A stretch of 64,000 nt of DNA, from positions 43,278,001 to 43,342,000 of the forward strand of contig CM052818.1 of assembly GCA_028534125.1 (NCBI GenBank), written 5' to 3'. Under the pieces are notes generated by a model that made no database searches, was not told the origin of the DNA, and saw nothing but the letters and a program-made list of their open reading frames with translations. Each line of letters starts with the position of its first letter. Position 1 is the stretch's first letter. The position numbers were made by a program, and so were the translations under genes. Shown here piece after piece: positions 51,680-64,000 of this stretch. This stretch comes from Lama glama. Taxonomy: Eukaryota.

Positions 51680-53330
51680 CCATCTATTTCTCATTTGAGC
51701 AAGGTCTATTTCCCAGGCACCAGGCTACGTGCTGGTTCTACAGGGTGACAAGACAAAGTTTCTTTACTGATCAAACAAATATGTTAAGGGAGAAAGACAT
51801 TCAGTTGAAGAAAAAAAATAAACATTCAGTTACAAAATGAGTCACTTTATCAAAACGGAGTTCACAGGGAATCCTAGGCCTTTCTGAAGAGGCGACATTT
51901 AAGGGGACATCCACATGACTCCAGGAATGAGAAGAGAGCATGTGGGATAGGAAAGGGCAGCCTAGATAAATGCCCCAAGGCGAGAAGTGACCTTAAATAG
52001 TCACGGTAGCTGGAACAGAAGAAAGAGGAAGAGTAACACAAGATAAGATTTGAAAGGGGAGTGGAGCTGCAAATTACTAAGACGCTTAAGCCATTGCATT
52101 AGATACCTGGGGCTGCTGTAACAGAGTGTCACAACAGCAATGTATTCCTTCACAGTTTTGGAGACTGAAAGTCTGAAATCAAGGCATTTGTAGGATAGAA
52201 TTCTTCTGAGGGGATTAAGTAGATGAGGATTGAGTATCAGGAGAGGGTAATACAGATGCATGACCCTCTCCTAGCTGCTGGTGCTGGCTGGCAGTACTTG
52301 GTGGTGTTTGGTTTGTAGATGCATCTCCAGTTTCTGCCCCTGTCTATGCAGCGTGTTCTTCCTGGGTGATTCTGTCTCTTCACATGGGCAACACTCCTGA
52401 GGGCACCAGTCATAATGGTTTAGGGGCCTGCCTTACTCTAGCATGATCTCAACTTAACTATTTCCAAATACATTTACATTTTGAGATACAAGGGGTTAGG
52501 ACTTAATATATTTTGTAGGGGAAGAGGACACAATCCAACCCAAAAACAGCTGTATTGCTGTATTAAAGGACTTGTATTTGTCTTCAGAGCAAAGGAAAAT
52601 CACTAAAAAAGTGTATGCATCCCCCTGATAAATTTTTGTAAAATATGAAAAGGCAAGAGAAGAAAAAGAAAGCAAATTAGTAAGCTTTTGCAAATACATT
52701 AGGATGGTAGGAGGTAACAGTGGCTTCAACTCAAACAGCAATACTAAAGACAGAAATAAATACATATGGCATGAGCATCAGCAGAGGGGAAATAGATTTG
52801 AGGATGGCATCAGATCAATAAAGCATTATGAACTTGTTAAGCTTGGCATGCTACTGAGACACCAAGGAGAAATAAAAGTGAAAAACTTGGGCACATAGGA
52901 GGAGCATCATTCAAAAGGGAGGCTGAAGATATAACTGTAGGACTGATACATGCACAGATGGCCCTTAAAAAGAGGAGTGTGAATGTCTCTTAAGGAGCAT
53001 ATAGGACAGAGGACAGAACAGGGTTCTGGACTGAATTTAATCCAGATAGAGGAAGAGGGTCAGAAAAGAGGATGAAGCAGTATTGGCCTGAGAGGTAAAG
53101 GGAAAAACAGACAATAGTAATAAACACCATTAGAGAATGAGATTGCGTACATTAAGAGATGAAAGAAAGTGTTTCCAGAAAGGAGAGTTGACAAATGTTT
53201 AATGCTGCTGAGAATAAAGCAGATGAGGACTGAATATCAGTATAGGGTAATAGAGATGCTATTTTTATCTTAGAAGAGAATGCCACGTTTATCAGCAAAA
53301 TTTCATATTTAAGGGGTGGTATACCGCTGT
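51680..53330 (-). mobile_element. L2 LINE, antisense, split by an MLT1 LTR
   Basis: catttgagcaaggtctatttcccaggcaccaggcta...; resumes after 52548 and includes gaaagtgtttccagaaaggagagttgacaaatgtttaatgctgctgaga. Confidence 0.75.
52095..52548 (-). mobile_element. MLT1C-like MaLR solo LTR
   Basis: tgcattag..ggggctgctgtaaca...cacagttttggagactgaaagtctgaaatcaagg...ggacacaatccaacccaaaaaca. Flanks GCCAT/GCTGT. Confidence 0.9.
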
Positions 53331-54788
53331 GTAAGGAAAGTTTTACAATGTAGATAAATAACCTTAGACCCATTTTGTTCCTGGCACAAATCTCAAAATC
53401 ATACATTGATAGCGTTAAATTAATAAGGTCCTAAATACATCCCAATCTCTTTTTTAAAGGCTTCTTTGAATGCTATCTAATCAGTGTGAGTCCCACAAGC
53501 CTCCAAGCGTATTTTGCAGGAATAATTGAAAGCAGTTACTTTGTATAGTTTTGTATAGAAAGTACTGATATGTTTCTCAATTTTCAGAAATCATCAAGTA
53601 ATCTATGAATAGTTTCAGCTTTAATTTTTGAAAAGCGATGTCTGTTTCTGTGTTGCAGCATTCAGATGACATCCCAGGGCTTTCTGTTATTTTTTTCCCT
53701 TATAATTGTCTCTTTTCTACTTCTCATAGTGAAGGATTTGCAAAGTGATCAAGGAAATTTGGTGTAAAAACTAGTCAATTGTATGAGCTATAGCCAACAC
53801 CAGCAAACATGCCATGCCTGAAATAATTCACATAAATTTTCTAAAATAGTTTGGAGGCCCCCCAAACAAACAAATAAACAAAAAAACAAAACAAGAAACC
53901 CTGCCCTAGTGTTGAAGTTTTATACAATATCTCTATAGACTGGAACTACATTTTCATAACATTAGGAACATAGAAGTCTTAGGAAGATTAAAAAAACTTG
54001 AATGAGCTTTTGAGTAGACCCACAGAGTCCTAATTCTTTCCACACTTCAATTTATTGGATTCATCCGACAGTATAATTTTTCTCCCTTTCCAAAGACTTG
54101 TCTACCTGCTGTTAAGAATTGGACAAGGTTTACTGATCTGGCTGCCAACTGGTATGATGTCTTTAAGTGATGAATATAAATCTTTAATCACACTGCTAAA
54201 ATGACTTCACTTCCTCCTAGCATTTCATCCATGAATAAATAAAAAAAACAGGCAGTTGAGAACATATTATTGATGTTTGCAATATCAGGCTTTGTTTTTT
54301 TTTTTTCTTCTGTTTAAATTTATTTTCAACAATTTTGGAGAACACAACATTTTTTCTCCTATTAAACTGAAACCAGTGCTTACTAGAAAAACAACCTTAG
54401 AAGGAAATGTCTACTCTGCAAATATTGACAGATATGCTAAAAAGGGATGTTACAATACAATACAATACAATGCAAAACCTGTGCGACTGGGGATCTGACC
54501 AATCCACCTTCTCTTTCAATCTCTGATGAATGGGCATAACTGAAATCAGGGTTGTTTGCTGGTTAACCTGACTTCACTGTTCATGTTTGTTATTATGTCA
54601 GATGAGTCATGAAAAGTTTGCTGTTGCTAAGATTTCTGTGACGTGACTGGAAGAGCTGGCCATCCTAAACACTGACTTTTGGAAACACAACTAAATTTTC
54701 CCACTCCTTGAAACATATCACTTCTTCCTTTCTCTGTCTTCATTCTTTCCTTCCACAACCACATTAACTCTTTTTCTCTAGTATTGCC

Positions 54789-54844
54789 ATTTTTTGGCAA
54801 TAAATTTATTTTTTGGCAATAAATTTATTTTTTGGCAATAAATT
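54789..54844 (+). repeat. 19-bp tandem repeat, ~3 copies
   Basis: ATTTTTTGGCAATAAATTT x3, last copy one base short. Confidence 0.95.
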
Positions 54845-55059
54845 ACAGATAATTTATTGTACTAAGTTAATTTGTGACTGAGCACCTATCTCCTTTTGCC
54901 CAACCGTGAAGTACGTATTGCTGAGTTTTAGTTTTAACTTTCAAGATTTTAAACATGCTGAGGAAAAGAAACAGCTATCTATATCCCTTTTAATAGTAGA
55001 GTGATATTTGTTCCTAGAAGTGTAATGGAATACTCGGAATACTGATGCACATGAACTTC

Positions 55060-55265
55060 AGAATAACACTTTGGAAATCAGATTCTGTTTGTGCCACTTA
55101 CTAGCTTTGTGTTTATAAAGTCAATTATCAATTTTCCCAGAATGTCATCTATAAAAACAGATGCCAAGATCTTTAAAAAGTCTGTCAAGGGTAACTGTTA
55201 AGAATTGTAAGAAATAACATGGGTGAAAGTGCTTAAAAATTAGTTTTCAGTTAATTGTTAGTTCT
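55060..55265 (+). mobile_element. MIR SINE
   Basis: ctttggaaatcaga...gtgccacttactagctttgtg...tcatctataaaa...gtgaaagtgcttaa. Confidence 0.7.
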
Positions 55266-56377
55266 TCCCCTTCTTTCTCAAAGAAAATATTCAATAAACT
55301 CAAATGCTATTATTTTATGAAATAAAGTCATCTGGAGGAAAAATAGAGGTTTCTATGGAAAAATAATATAATTAATATGCTGTTTCTGATTTTTAAATAT
55401 TATTATTATTATTATTCTTGTTATTATTATTACATCTTTAATATAAACTTGTGCCCAATGCTAGGATACTTTTATTATTCTTGAGATGTTTGTAAACTTG
55501 CTTTCCAGAAGAATTGTATTACTTTAAAATGTCATCAGTAAGTGGATTACCAAATTTTTGTTTTACTAAATTGCTTGCTATTACTTAGTCATTATTATTT
55601 TACTATTTTAAATGTAAGAGTTATAACTCTAAGATTAAGAAAGAAAGACACATGGGTGTTAGAGTGAACACTATATTTAGTTACTTTTCTTTTTTCTCCC
55701 TGCATACTTACTCAAAAGGTTCTTTTCCCCCAAGAGCTTAGTGTGAAATCTAAGGGAAGCTACAGGGCTGTTTTGGGCTATGTTCAGGTAACAAATATCC
55801 TTGGTAACTCCTAGTTACAAAGCAGTCTTGTTAAATAAAGTAAGCAGTGCAGTGAATTAGTCGTCTGATTCCTATCTTGGGTCTGTACTCAGTTCATTAA
55901 CCACACTGTGAGCAGGGGTATCGTTGACTTCTCCATCTTTCCCCACCTGGTGTGTGTTTTATCCCAGCTGAATACCTGTGGTGTCTGATACCTCCTGGCT
56001 TAAAAGTAGATACGAGAAGTGAGGTGAGGCAGAGAATTCTTAATGCAGCTACTTCTCATTTGCTCTAACAGGAGAGTATCCTGATTGCCACAAACTTCTC
56101 TTCTTTACCTCTCAGAATTGTGAAATAGGCATCATTGTTTATTGCCTTCCAAGTTCCAAGGGTAGACAGGCCAAGCCCTCAGAGTGGTCCATCAGAGCTA
56201 CTTTCCCTGGATTGCATCTGCCTTGCATGAGTCAACAGTGGGACTCACATCTCAGCAATAAATTTTTCAAAAATGTTTCCCTAATCTTTGGGTCTTTTTA
56301 CAACCTTCAATAGACTAAAAGTAAATGATAGAGGAGGTATTAAAGAACTCTGTCTATGAATCTATCTATCTGTACTT

Positions 56378-57380
56378 GAATTTTTAGAGCGCTTTTAGGT
56401 TCACAGCAAAATTGAGTGAAAAGTGCAGAGAATTCCCATATAAAGCTGCCCGCAAACGTGCAGAGCCTCTCCAACTATCAATATTTAAATGAGAATCGTA
56501 TTTTTGTTACATTAGATGAACCTACGTTGGCACATCATTATCACGCAGTCTATAATGTAGATTAGGGTTCACTTTATTGTGCTTTCTATGAGTTTAGTAA
56601 TATGCACTTAATGTTCTTCCATGTCTTTTCAGGCTTGATAATTCATTGCTTGTTAGTACTAAATAATATTCTATTGTCTGCATGTAGAACAAATTGTTTA
56701 TCCATCCATCCACTGAATCAGACTGCTATAAATATCTGCGTACAAGTTTTGGATGGACATAAGTTATCAACTTATTTGGGTAAATACCAAGGAGCATGGT
56801 TTTTGGATTGTGTGGTAAGAGCATTTTTAGTATTGTAGGAAACCGCCACACTGTCTTCCAAAGACAAAGCTGTACCATTTTCCATTTCTGCCAGCAGTGA
56901 TTGAGAGTTCCTGTCCCTTCACATGCTTTTCAGCATTTGCTGTTGTCAGTATTTTTAAAATTTTGACCATTCTAGGAGGTGTATAACAGTATGTCTTTGG
57001 TTTTTATAAATCTGCATTTCCTTAATGAAATATGACATTGTGCATCTTTTGTGTATACTTACTTGTCATTCTGTACCTTCTTCAGTGAGGTTTCTGTTCA
57101 GGTCTTTGGCCTATTTTTCAATCAGTTTGTTTGTATCCTTAAAATTGAGTTTTAGGAGTTCTTTATATATTTTGATTAACAGTTCTGTGTCAAATATGTC
57201 TTTTGCAAATATTTCCTCCCAGTCTGTGGCTTGTCTTCTCATTCCCTTTACAGTGTCTTTCACAGAGTAGGAGGTTTTAATTTTAATGAAGTCCAGCTTT
57301 TTAATTATTTCTTCCCTGAGATGCTTTGGTGTCGTATCTAAAAGGTTATCTCCATACTCATCTTGATTTCCTACTACAAC
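56378..57380 (-). mobile_element. L1MC-like 3' part, antisense
   Basis: ttttaggttcacagcaaaattgagtgaaaagtgcagagaattcccatat (L1MC1-type 3' UTR) ... ttttaatgaagtccagc..tttggtgtcgtatctaaaa. Confidence 0.88.
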
Positions 57381-57384
57381 TGGT

Positions 57385-59295
57385 GAAGCTATCCTTCAGA
57401 AATAAGGAGGAATAAAGAAACCTCTGACAAAGGAAAACTAAAAGTATTTGCCCCGAGGCAAACAACAAACAGCACTTGAAGAGGGGTTAGCAGAAGTACT
57501 TCACAGAGGGAAAAAACCTTATTTAGAAAGAAGGCTTGTAACTTTTGAAAGGGAAGAAGAACAGAGTGGCCTAAAAATAGTGGAAAATAGAATATTCTTC
57601 TCATGAATTTAATTATATTTGATTTTTGAAGCAAAAGCTAGTATATAATATGATGTAATGTGTACACAGAGAAAATATTTGACAGTGATGCTTAAAAATT
57701 GGCAAGAGACATAAATGGAAGTAAGGCTTTTTTTAACCATTCTCTCACAGTAGTGAGGCGTTGATACTAGTAGACTGGTAAACTATGCACATAACTATAC
57801 ACCAAAGGCAACCACCATAGAAACTAGGCAAACTGACACTGAAAAGCACTACAAACAAATAAAAATGGAATCATAAGATATTCTTGTAACACAAAGGAAG
57901 ACAAGAGAAGCACAGAAATAAAAAACAGAGGAAACAGAACAAATAAAATGGAAGATTTAAGCCCTAACAAATCAATAATTATTTTCAATGTAAATGAATT
58001 AAGCAGTTTATTAAAATACAAAGCTTAGCAGAGTGGATAAAGATAAGAAACACAAACAAACCTAATTGTATGTTGCCTGCAAGAACAGCATAGCTATACC
58101 GAAGTAAAAAGGATAAACAACACATATATTTCGTGAAATCGTTAACAAAAAAGCAAAGTGGCTGTATTAAGGTCTGACAGGTATACTTCAAAGCAAAGAG
58201 CATTACTAGGGGAAAACAGAGACACTGCATAATGATAAAAGTATCAAACCATCAAGAACAGTAACAATCCTAAATTGCACAAAGCAACAAAGTTTCAAAA
58301 TATATGAAGCAAAAACTAGTAGAACTGAGAAATAAAATAGAGAAATCTACAATAGAGTTGGGGACTTCAACATCCTACCCTCAGCAACTGATAGAATAAT
58401 TAAACATGGAGTTATCAAAGATACAGGAGAACTGATCAACACATCAACTAATTGACATTTGTAGGACATGTTACACAGTAATAACAGAGCACCCGTTAAT
58501 ATTCACCAAGAGAGACCACATTCTGAACCCAAACCTCAACAAATTAAAGAAAAAAACAAAACTGAACACGTACAGAGACTCTTTTCTGCCCATAATGGAA
58601 TAAAATTAAAAATAAATAGCAGAGAGGCAAAAGTAAATCTCTAAACACTTGAAAATTAAAAAAACACACATCAAGAAAAATGGGATAAAGAGGAAGTCCC
58701 TAAGAAAAAATTAAAATAACCAGAAGAGAATGAAAATGAGAATGCAATATATCAAAAATGGTGGAAGCAGCTAAAGCTGGGCTGAGAGGGAAAGTTGTAG
58801 CACTGCATGTTGGCGTTAGAAAAGAAAAAAGGTCTAAACCAGGGATCTTAAGTTTCTGATTGACAGAACTAGAAACAGAAGAACAAAATGAGGCTAAAGA
58901 AACAAAAGGAAGGAAATAGTAAGGGCAGATATCAGTAATACTGGAGAAAACAAATAACAACCAGTAAGATGAATAGGTCACAAGATTGACAGTGTAAAAG
59001 ACAGAAGGTGCAATCACCAATGTCAGAAAGAAAAGGGGATATTACTTCAGATCCTTAGCAAATAAAAGGATGAAAGGGAATACTATGAATAACTCTACAC
59101 TTACAAACTGAACAAATTTTTAAAAATTGACTAATTGTTCAAAAACTGTGAACTAACGGTAACAAAACTCAATAAAAATTGAATAATCTGAATAGTCCTA
59201 TAGCCATTATAAAACTGAATTTATAACTAAAATACTTCTACAAAAGAAATCCTCATCCAAAATACTTTCAATGAAAAATTTTGCAACTTCTTCCA
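57385..59295 (+). mobile_element. Old L1 internal part (ORF1 end, ORF2 endonuclease to start of RT), decayed
   Basis: ttttcaatgtaaatgaattaa...gttgggacttcaacatcc...attcaccaagagagaccacattctg...gggaaagttgtagcact...gaatactatgaataactctac. Confidence 0.88.
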
Positions 59296-61779
59296 AATAT
59301 ATTTTACTATTTCAAAATAATAAGTTTAAAAATATAATTCATATTTTTGATATCGCATGTAAAAATGATCCTTACCTGTTTTCCTAATACATTCATCCAA
59401 TTTACTTAGTTCACTTTATTTTCAACTAATATAAGGCATCATAAGACTAGATATTATCCCAAGGGTTGAATGGCTTCCTCCACTTCACAGATAGTTAGTA
59501 GTGGACCCTGAGTAGGACTTAAGGTGATGCAGCTATTATAGATATAAATTTTATGGTAAATATTTAAATATAAGTTATTAAGATATTATTGAACCTTGGT
59601 TTTCTGATTTCTCTTAGGATGATCTGTTACGCCATGATAGTGGTCTTGATCTCAAGTCTCAGACAAGGGAAATTAGTTCCTCTTGTAATTTAACCTGCAT
59701 ATTTATTTAATCTTTAGACACTTTCACCCAAGAGGTTTTCTTTTCTCCACTATTGCTTAGCATCTCTTTACTGAAGGAGGGTCCCCCTCTCAATTTGCTC
59801 TTTCAAATGGTCTCACATGCTCCTTTAGGGTACTGTCACTTTATTTTCTGCAAGTTTCAGCAAAATTTCTCATATTTGACTCAGAAAAAAAAAAGTACCT
59901 TCAGCCATATTTTTAAATAAATGCTTATCTCTCTACTCAAATTACATTGTGATATATATGGAAAAAACCTTCCATCTTGCCAGAGTAGTGCAGTTGCTGA
60001 AAATAGGTATTTTGTAATATAATGCATTCACTCTGCTTGACTGAACTTGAAAATACTGTTTTGTTAAATGACAAAAATAATGAAGGGACACGTAGGGAGT
60101 CCAAGCAGAAAATCATCTTTCCTGATCAAATAAACATGACACAAGTCTAACATTCTAGGTAAACACCTACCCATGGTTGAGTTGGCCTGGCTCCAGCAGT
60201 GGGCGTGCCGCAGTGAGTCCATTTCAGTGACTTGAGGGACAAACATGGGCCTGTGCTGAGCGAGTCATTCTGTGTAGATCTGTGATTGATTCCCACACAG
60301 AACCTACAGAGGGCCATTAGTTTCCTCCTTTTACTCCAGGAAAAAAGCTTTTCAAAATCAAGTCCCATAAAGGACTTGATAGCTAAACAAAAATGTATTT
60401 AATATTAAAAAATGAGAAGTTAAGTTGAGAATTTTACAATTTAAGATATAGGAGTCAAATATTCAGAGTCTTAATGGCGACTTGAACTTCTGTGTTTTAA
60501 AAAGTACCTAAAAACAGTGATTACAGCATGGATAAAAAATAATGCAGCTCATTATTATCTCACTGAATCTCCCCATGGTTTGTATAGAAGGGTATATTTA
60601 AAATCTCACCTCTTTCTTCTGTATGGTTTCTACTTTTTAGTGTTCTGGCTTTTTAAATAAGGTAGTATCCAAATAAATACATTTATCTTGTGTTCCAGTT
60701 TACACCATGCAAATTTCATCTGTTTTGTCTTTTTGTCTTAATTTGAGGTAGATGGTGCATGAGGTTGTTAATCTCATCACTATTTCATTCATGGTATAAT
60801 TAAGACCCAGAAAAGAGATGTGTCCTACATCACACAGCTATTATAAGACCGATTTGAACTTCTAATTTCTGTCTTTCTGAAATTATAACCTATATTCCAC
60901 TATATTCTACTGCATTAATGAACACTTTACTCCCTGCAGTTGAAATATCTCAGAGCACACAGAGGAAAATGTATTCTCTATCTAGAGAGCTAAAAAAGCC
61001 ACTGGCTTCTCTTTTTCTAATTAATCCATGTGGTCCAAGAAGAAGGTCAAGTGTAAAAAGAAGAGCTGGAATTTAACTAAATCTTTCATGATCTAGGCAT
61101 GCATTTTTTTGTTGTTGTTGTTCTTCTCTGCTGTCAGTACTTATCTTAATAGTGTGTTACTCCAGGAGCAAAAATATCAGAAGGCTTATTAAAGAGGAGT
61201 CTGGGAATTTCTGTTACAGGTTTTAAATGTCATAAAGTAACATAGCCTTTGAAGGAGGACAGAAGTTTAAAATTCATCTAGTTTAGCTTATTTCTCAATA
61301 AATAATTTGCTTTAACAATAATACTGACTTCCTATAAAGTCCATGGAAGAGAGTCTTACTTTATGTTATTCTAAAAAAACCCTTTAAGATAAGGACCCTA
61401 AAACTCGGAGTGATTGAGCAGCTTAACCAATGGCATTAGGTAGTTGGCAATGTGAAGATTTGTGCTTGGGTTTCCAGGTTATTAAAAAAAAAAAAGATAC
61501 CCAGTTTCCCTCTTGGGTGGATGTTCAACTTCCTAACTCAAGAAGACCCAGAGGGCACAGGCCCCCATGTATGTGGCTGTCTCCTCCTGGTTCCAGAGGG
61601 AGACTCACCTTCTTGGTTCTAGAAGGTAGAGCCTGGGGCCAAGGGGTCTGGGTGTCCCGAGCTGAAGGGGGCAGAGCTGCTGCCTGGTGGGCACAGTGAA
61701 CAGAGCATTTAGCCAAAGTGGATTATTCTGTAGCTTTAAAATATAATAGAATTTGTCTTGCTACGTTTTGGGCTTCCTT

Positions 61780-62146
61780 GGGAACCATGACCTCAAAATA
61801 TCACAATATTTGAAGATGAAGGCTTTACAGATGTAATTGAATTAAAGTGAGATCATATAGGTGGGCTCTAATCCAGTAGTATCGGTGTCCTTAAAAGAAG
61901 AGGGAACATGGGCACAGGTGCCAACAAAGGGAAGATGATGTGGTGACACAAGGAGAAGACGATCAACTCCAGGCCAAGAGGACAGACCTGGAACAGATCT
62001 TCCTTCACAGCCCTCAGAAGGAACCAACTTTTCCAACACCTTGACCCCAGACTTCTCAATTCCAGAACTATGAGAAAATACAGTTTTGCTGTTTAAGCCA
62101 CCCAGTCTGTGATACTTTGTCATGGCAGCCCTCGCAGATGAATACC
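61780..62146 (+). mobile_element. MLT1B/MLT1A0-like MaLR LTR
   Basis: ggtgggctctaatccagt...cacagccctcagaaggaaccaac...tttaagccacccagtctgtgatactttgtcatggcagccct. Confidence 0.9.
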
Positions 62147-63559
62147 TCACCCCATATGATGACTTTTTTTCTGCACCTAATTTCAAGGCTCATGAGGGGT
62201 TAAAAGAAGTTCCAGCACATGTGAGTATCTGTCCATTTCTGAGACCATGCAGTTATGTAACTATTCCTTTTGTGAATAAAGCTAATAAAATGTCAGAGTG
62301 ACTTCTGCTGTTTATTCCCTTCCTTTCATTCTTTCTTTTCTTTCATTTTTTTCCTTTCTTTTGTGTCTCTGCAAGTTTTACAGAAGCAATTATAAATGCA
62401 TGCACAGTATCTATGATGAAAAAAAGTCACGTCTGCCATTCAATCTGGTGAATCAGGATAATAGGATTTTAGAGTTAGTAAAACTTGAGAGTTTTATTCT
62501 AACCTGTTACATAATATTCTTGGCTCAAGCCTTTACTTGATAGCAAGCAGATTCTTTTTAAAAAAAAAGTTTGTTATTATAAAAAATATTATTTATAATA
62601 TTGTATTTAAAAAAAAACTTTAAAGACCCGTGTCCCAAAGTTATTTTGACAGAAGATACTTGTTTATCAATCATACAGAACTAAATGTCTTAAAAAAAAT
62701 AAAACTATTCAGCCAAACACAACAGAATCATGAAGTAGCTCTTTTGGGTAAAAGGAGAGCCACAGAAGAACTCTTAATTTCAGAAATATGGATGTATCAA
62801 TATAATTTTTAAGGACTGAAAAAATTTATAGAAAAAAACTCTTGAAAAATGTACTGTTTGATTATCTGAAACATTACTTACGTAAACTCAATTGATATAT
62901 AATGAGGTTAAGTAAAAAAAAATACAATTTTTATTCATTAAGAAACTGATATACATCTTCAGGGTAAAAAAGTTAAAACAATCATTTCTGAACAGAACAA
63001 ACTTTTGTAAGTTTGAAAAAAATGTATTTTATTTGAGAGACAAAAAGGAGTCACCTTTGTGCAGCCTGGCCTCTGAGCTCACTTCTTAAGAGAAGAACTG
63101 ATAAGATCCAAAGCATACCCACTCCGCAGCGAGGGTCTCTGGTGAGGTGAACAACACATCATGAATCACAGTGACATTCCTGATATACAAATCCCTGGAG
63201 GAGGAGCAAAACTTTTGTGGGGTTTGGGGTAGGGAGTAGGGAAGTAGGAGGTATGGGGTATTGCAAACTTTGATTTTGGACATAATTGCCTGAGTATAAC
63301 TTACGTATTTAACATTCAAATAGAAATATCTAGTGGGTTGCATAATATGGAAGCACGGAGACCTAGGGAGAGAACTATAGTGGAGCTTTATTGGGAGCAG
63401 ATCCATGACACCCACTCTAGATTTAAAAGCAGACAGCATGGAAAAAGAACACGATGTGTACAATCTAGGAGCAAAAGATCTTTAAAGTCTCAAAACGAAG
63501 AGGAATTCAGAATTAATACAGAAACAGGACCACTGTCCCCAGAGGACAGGTTGTTCACC

Positions 63560-63790
63560 TCCATAGGTTAGTCCATTACTGTCTGTTTTCTGAATTACTG
63601 CCCTATCTTTGACAGTGTGTTCCCAGCTTTCCATCTGGCTTTCTTCAGTCTGTTTTCCACGTTGAATCCAGTTTGATGTTTCCAAATTGAAAATCTGGTT
63701 TTTAAAAGTTTCTTTGCTTGAAGTCCTTTCACTCACTCTCCTCAGGTTGAGTTCCAGTGTTTTTAATGAACCCAACAGTCACCCATTATC
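63560..63790 (-). mobile_element. Old L1 ORF1 fragment, antisense
   Basis: ORF 63482..63775 is K/E/Q-rich, like the L1 ORF1 coiled coil. DNA ttcttcagtctgttttccac..aatcc matches antisense ORF1. Confidence 0.45.
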
Positions 63791-64000
63791 TGCTCCTAGT
63801 CTTTCTTCATTTATGCTGCCTCCTATACCATAAAAGAAGCTCAACAGATTAGACTGACTTACCTGCTTGTTGATCTCTGAAGACTTCACATCTCTTTCTC
63901 TTCAATAATAATTCCTTCTCTAGAACATTTTCCTTCTCTCTTTCATCAGCACCTTAATCTGAACACCTTCATATTCTTTAGGTCTCAGAGTTGAGTTGTT

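Noticed and set aside
54789..54844. CRISPR-like array (also 44806-44853)
   Set aside because: Head-to-tail repeats without spacers, in mammalian DNA, with no cas genes.

Overview
AT-rich, repeat-dense mammalian genomic DNA. It is most likely camelid, because the only young SINE is a tRNA-Ala(AGC)-derived element of the camelid Vic-1 type and I saw no Alu, B1/B2, Bov-tA, PRE-1, ERE or CAN SINEs. I recognise no cellular protein-coding gene. The ORF track is almost all chance ORFs, and the only recognisable translations are decayed LINE-1 ORF1/ORF2 fragments. Much of the window is old interspersed repeats: L1, L2, MIR, MaLR/ERVL/ERV1 LTRs, and hAT and Tigger DNA transposons. Subfamily names come from my recall of consensus sequences and boundaries are approximate. 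The main functional signal is a compact CpG island at ~33,980-34,345 with CCAAT, E2F, GC-box, CGCG/BANP-like and YY1 motifs and outward-facing GTGAGC donors on both strands, probably a bidirectional promoter. There is also a weaker minus-strand CCAAT/TATA promoter candidate near 1.9 kb and several minus-strand candidate non-coding exons. I found no evidence of a novel multi-gene system. The findings are regulatory and evolutionary leads, not established discoveries.
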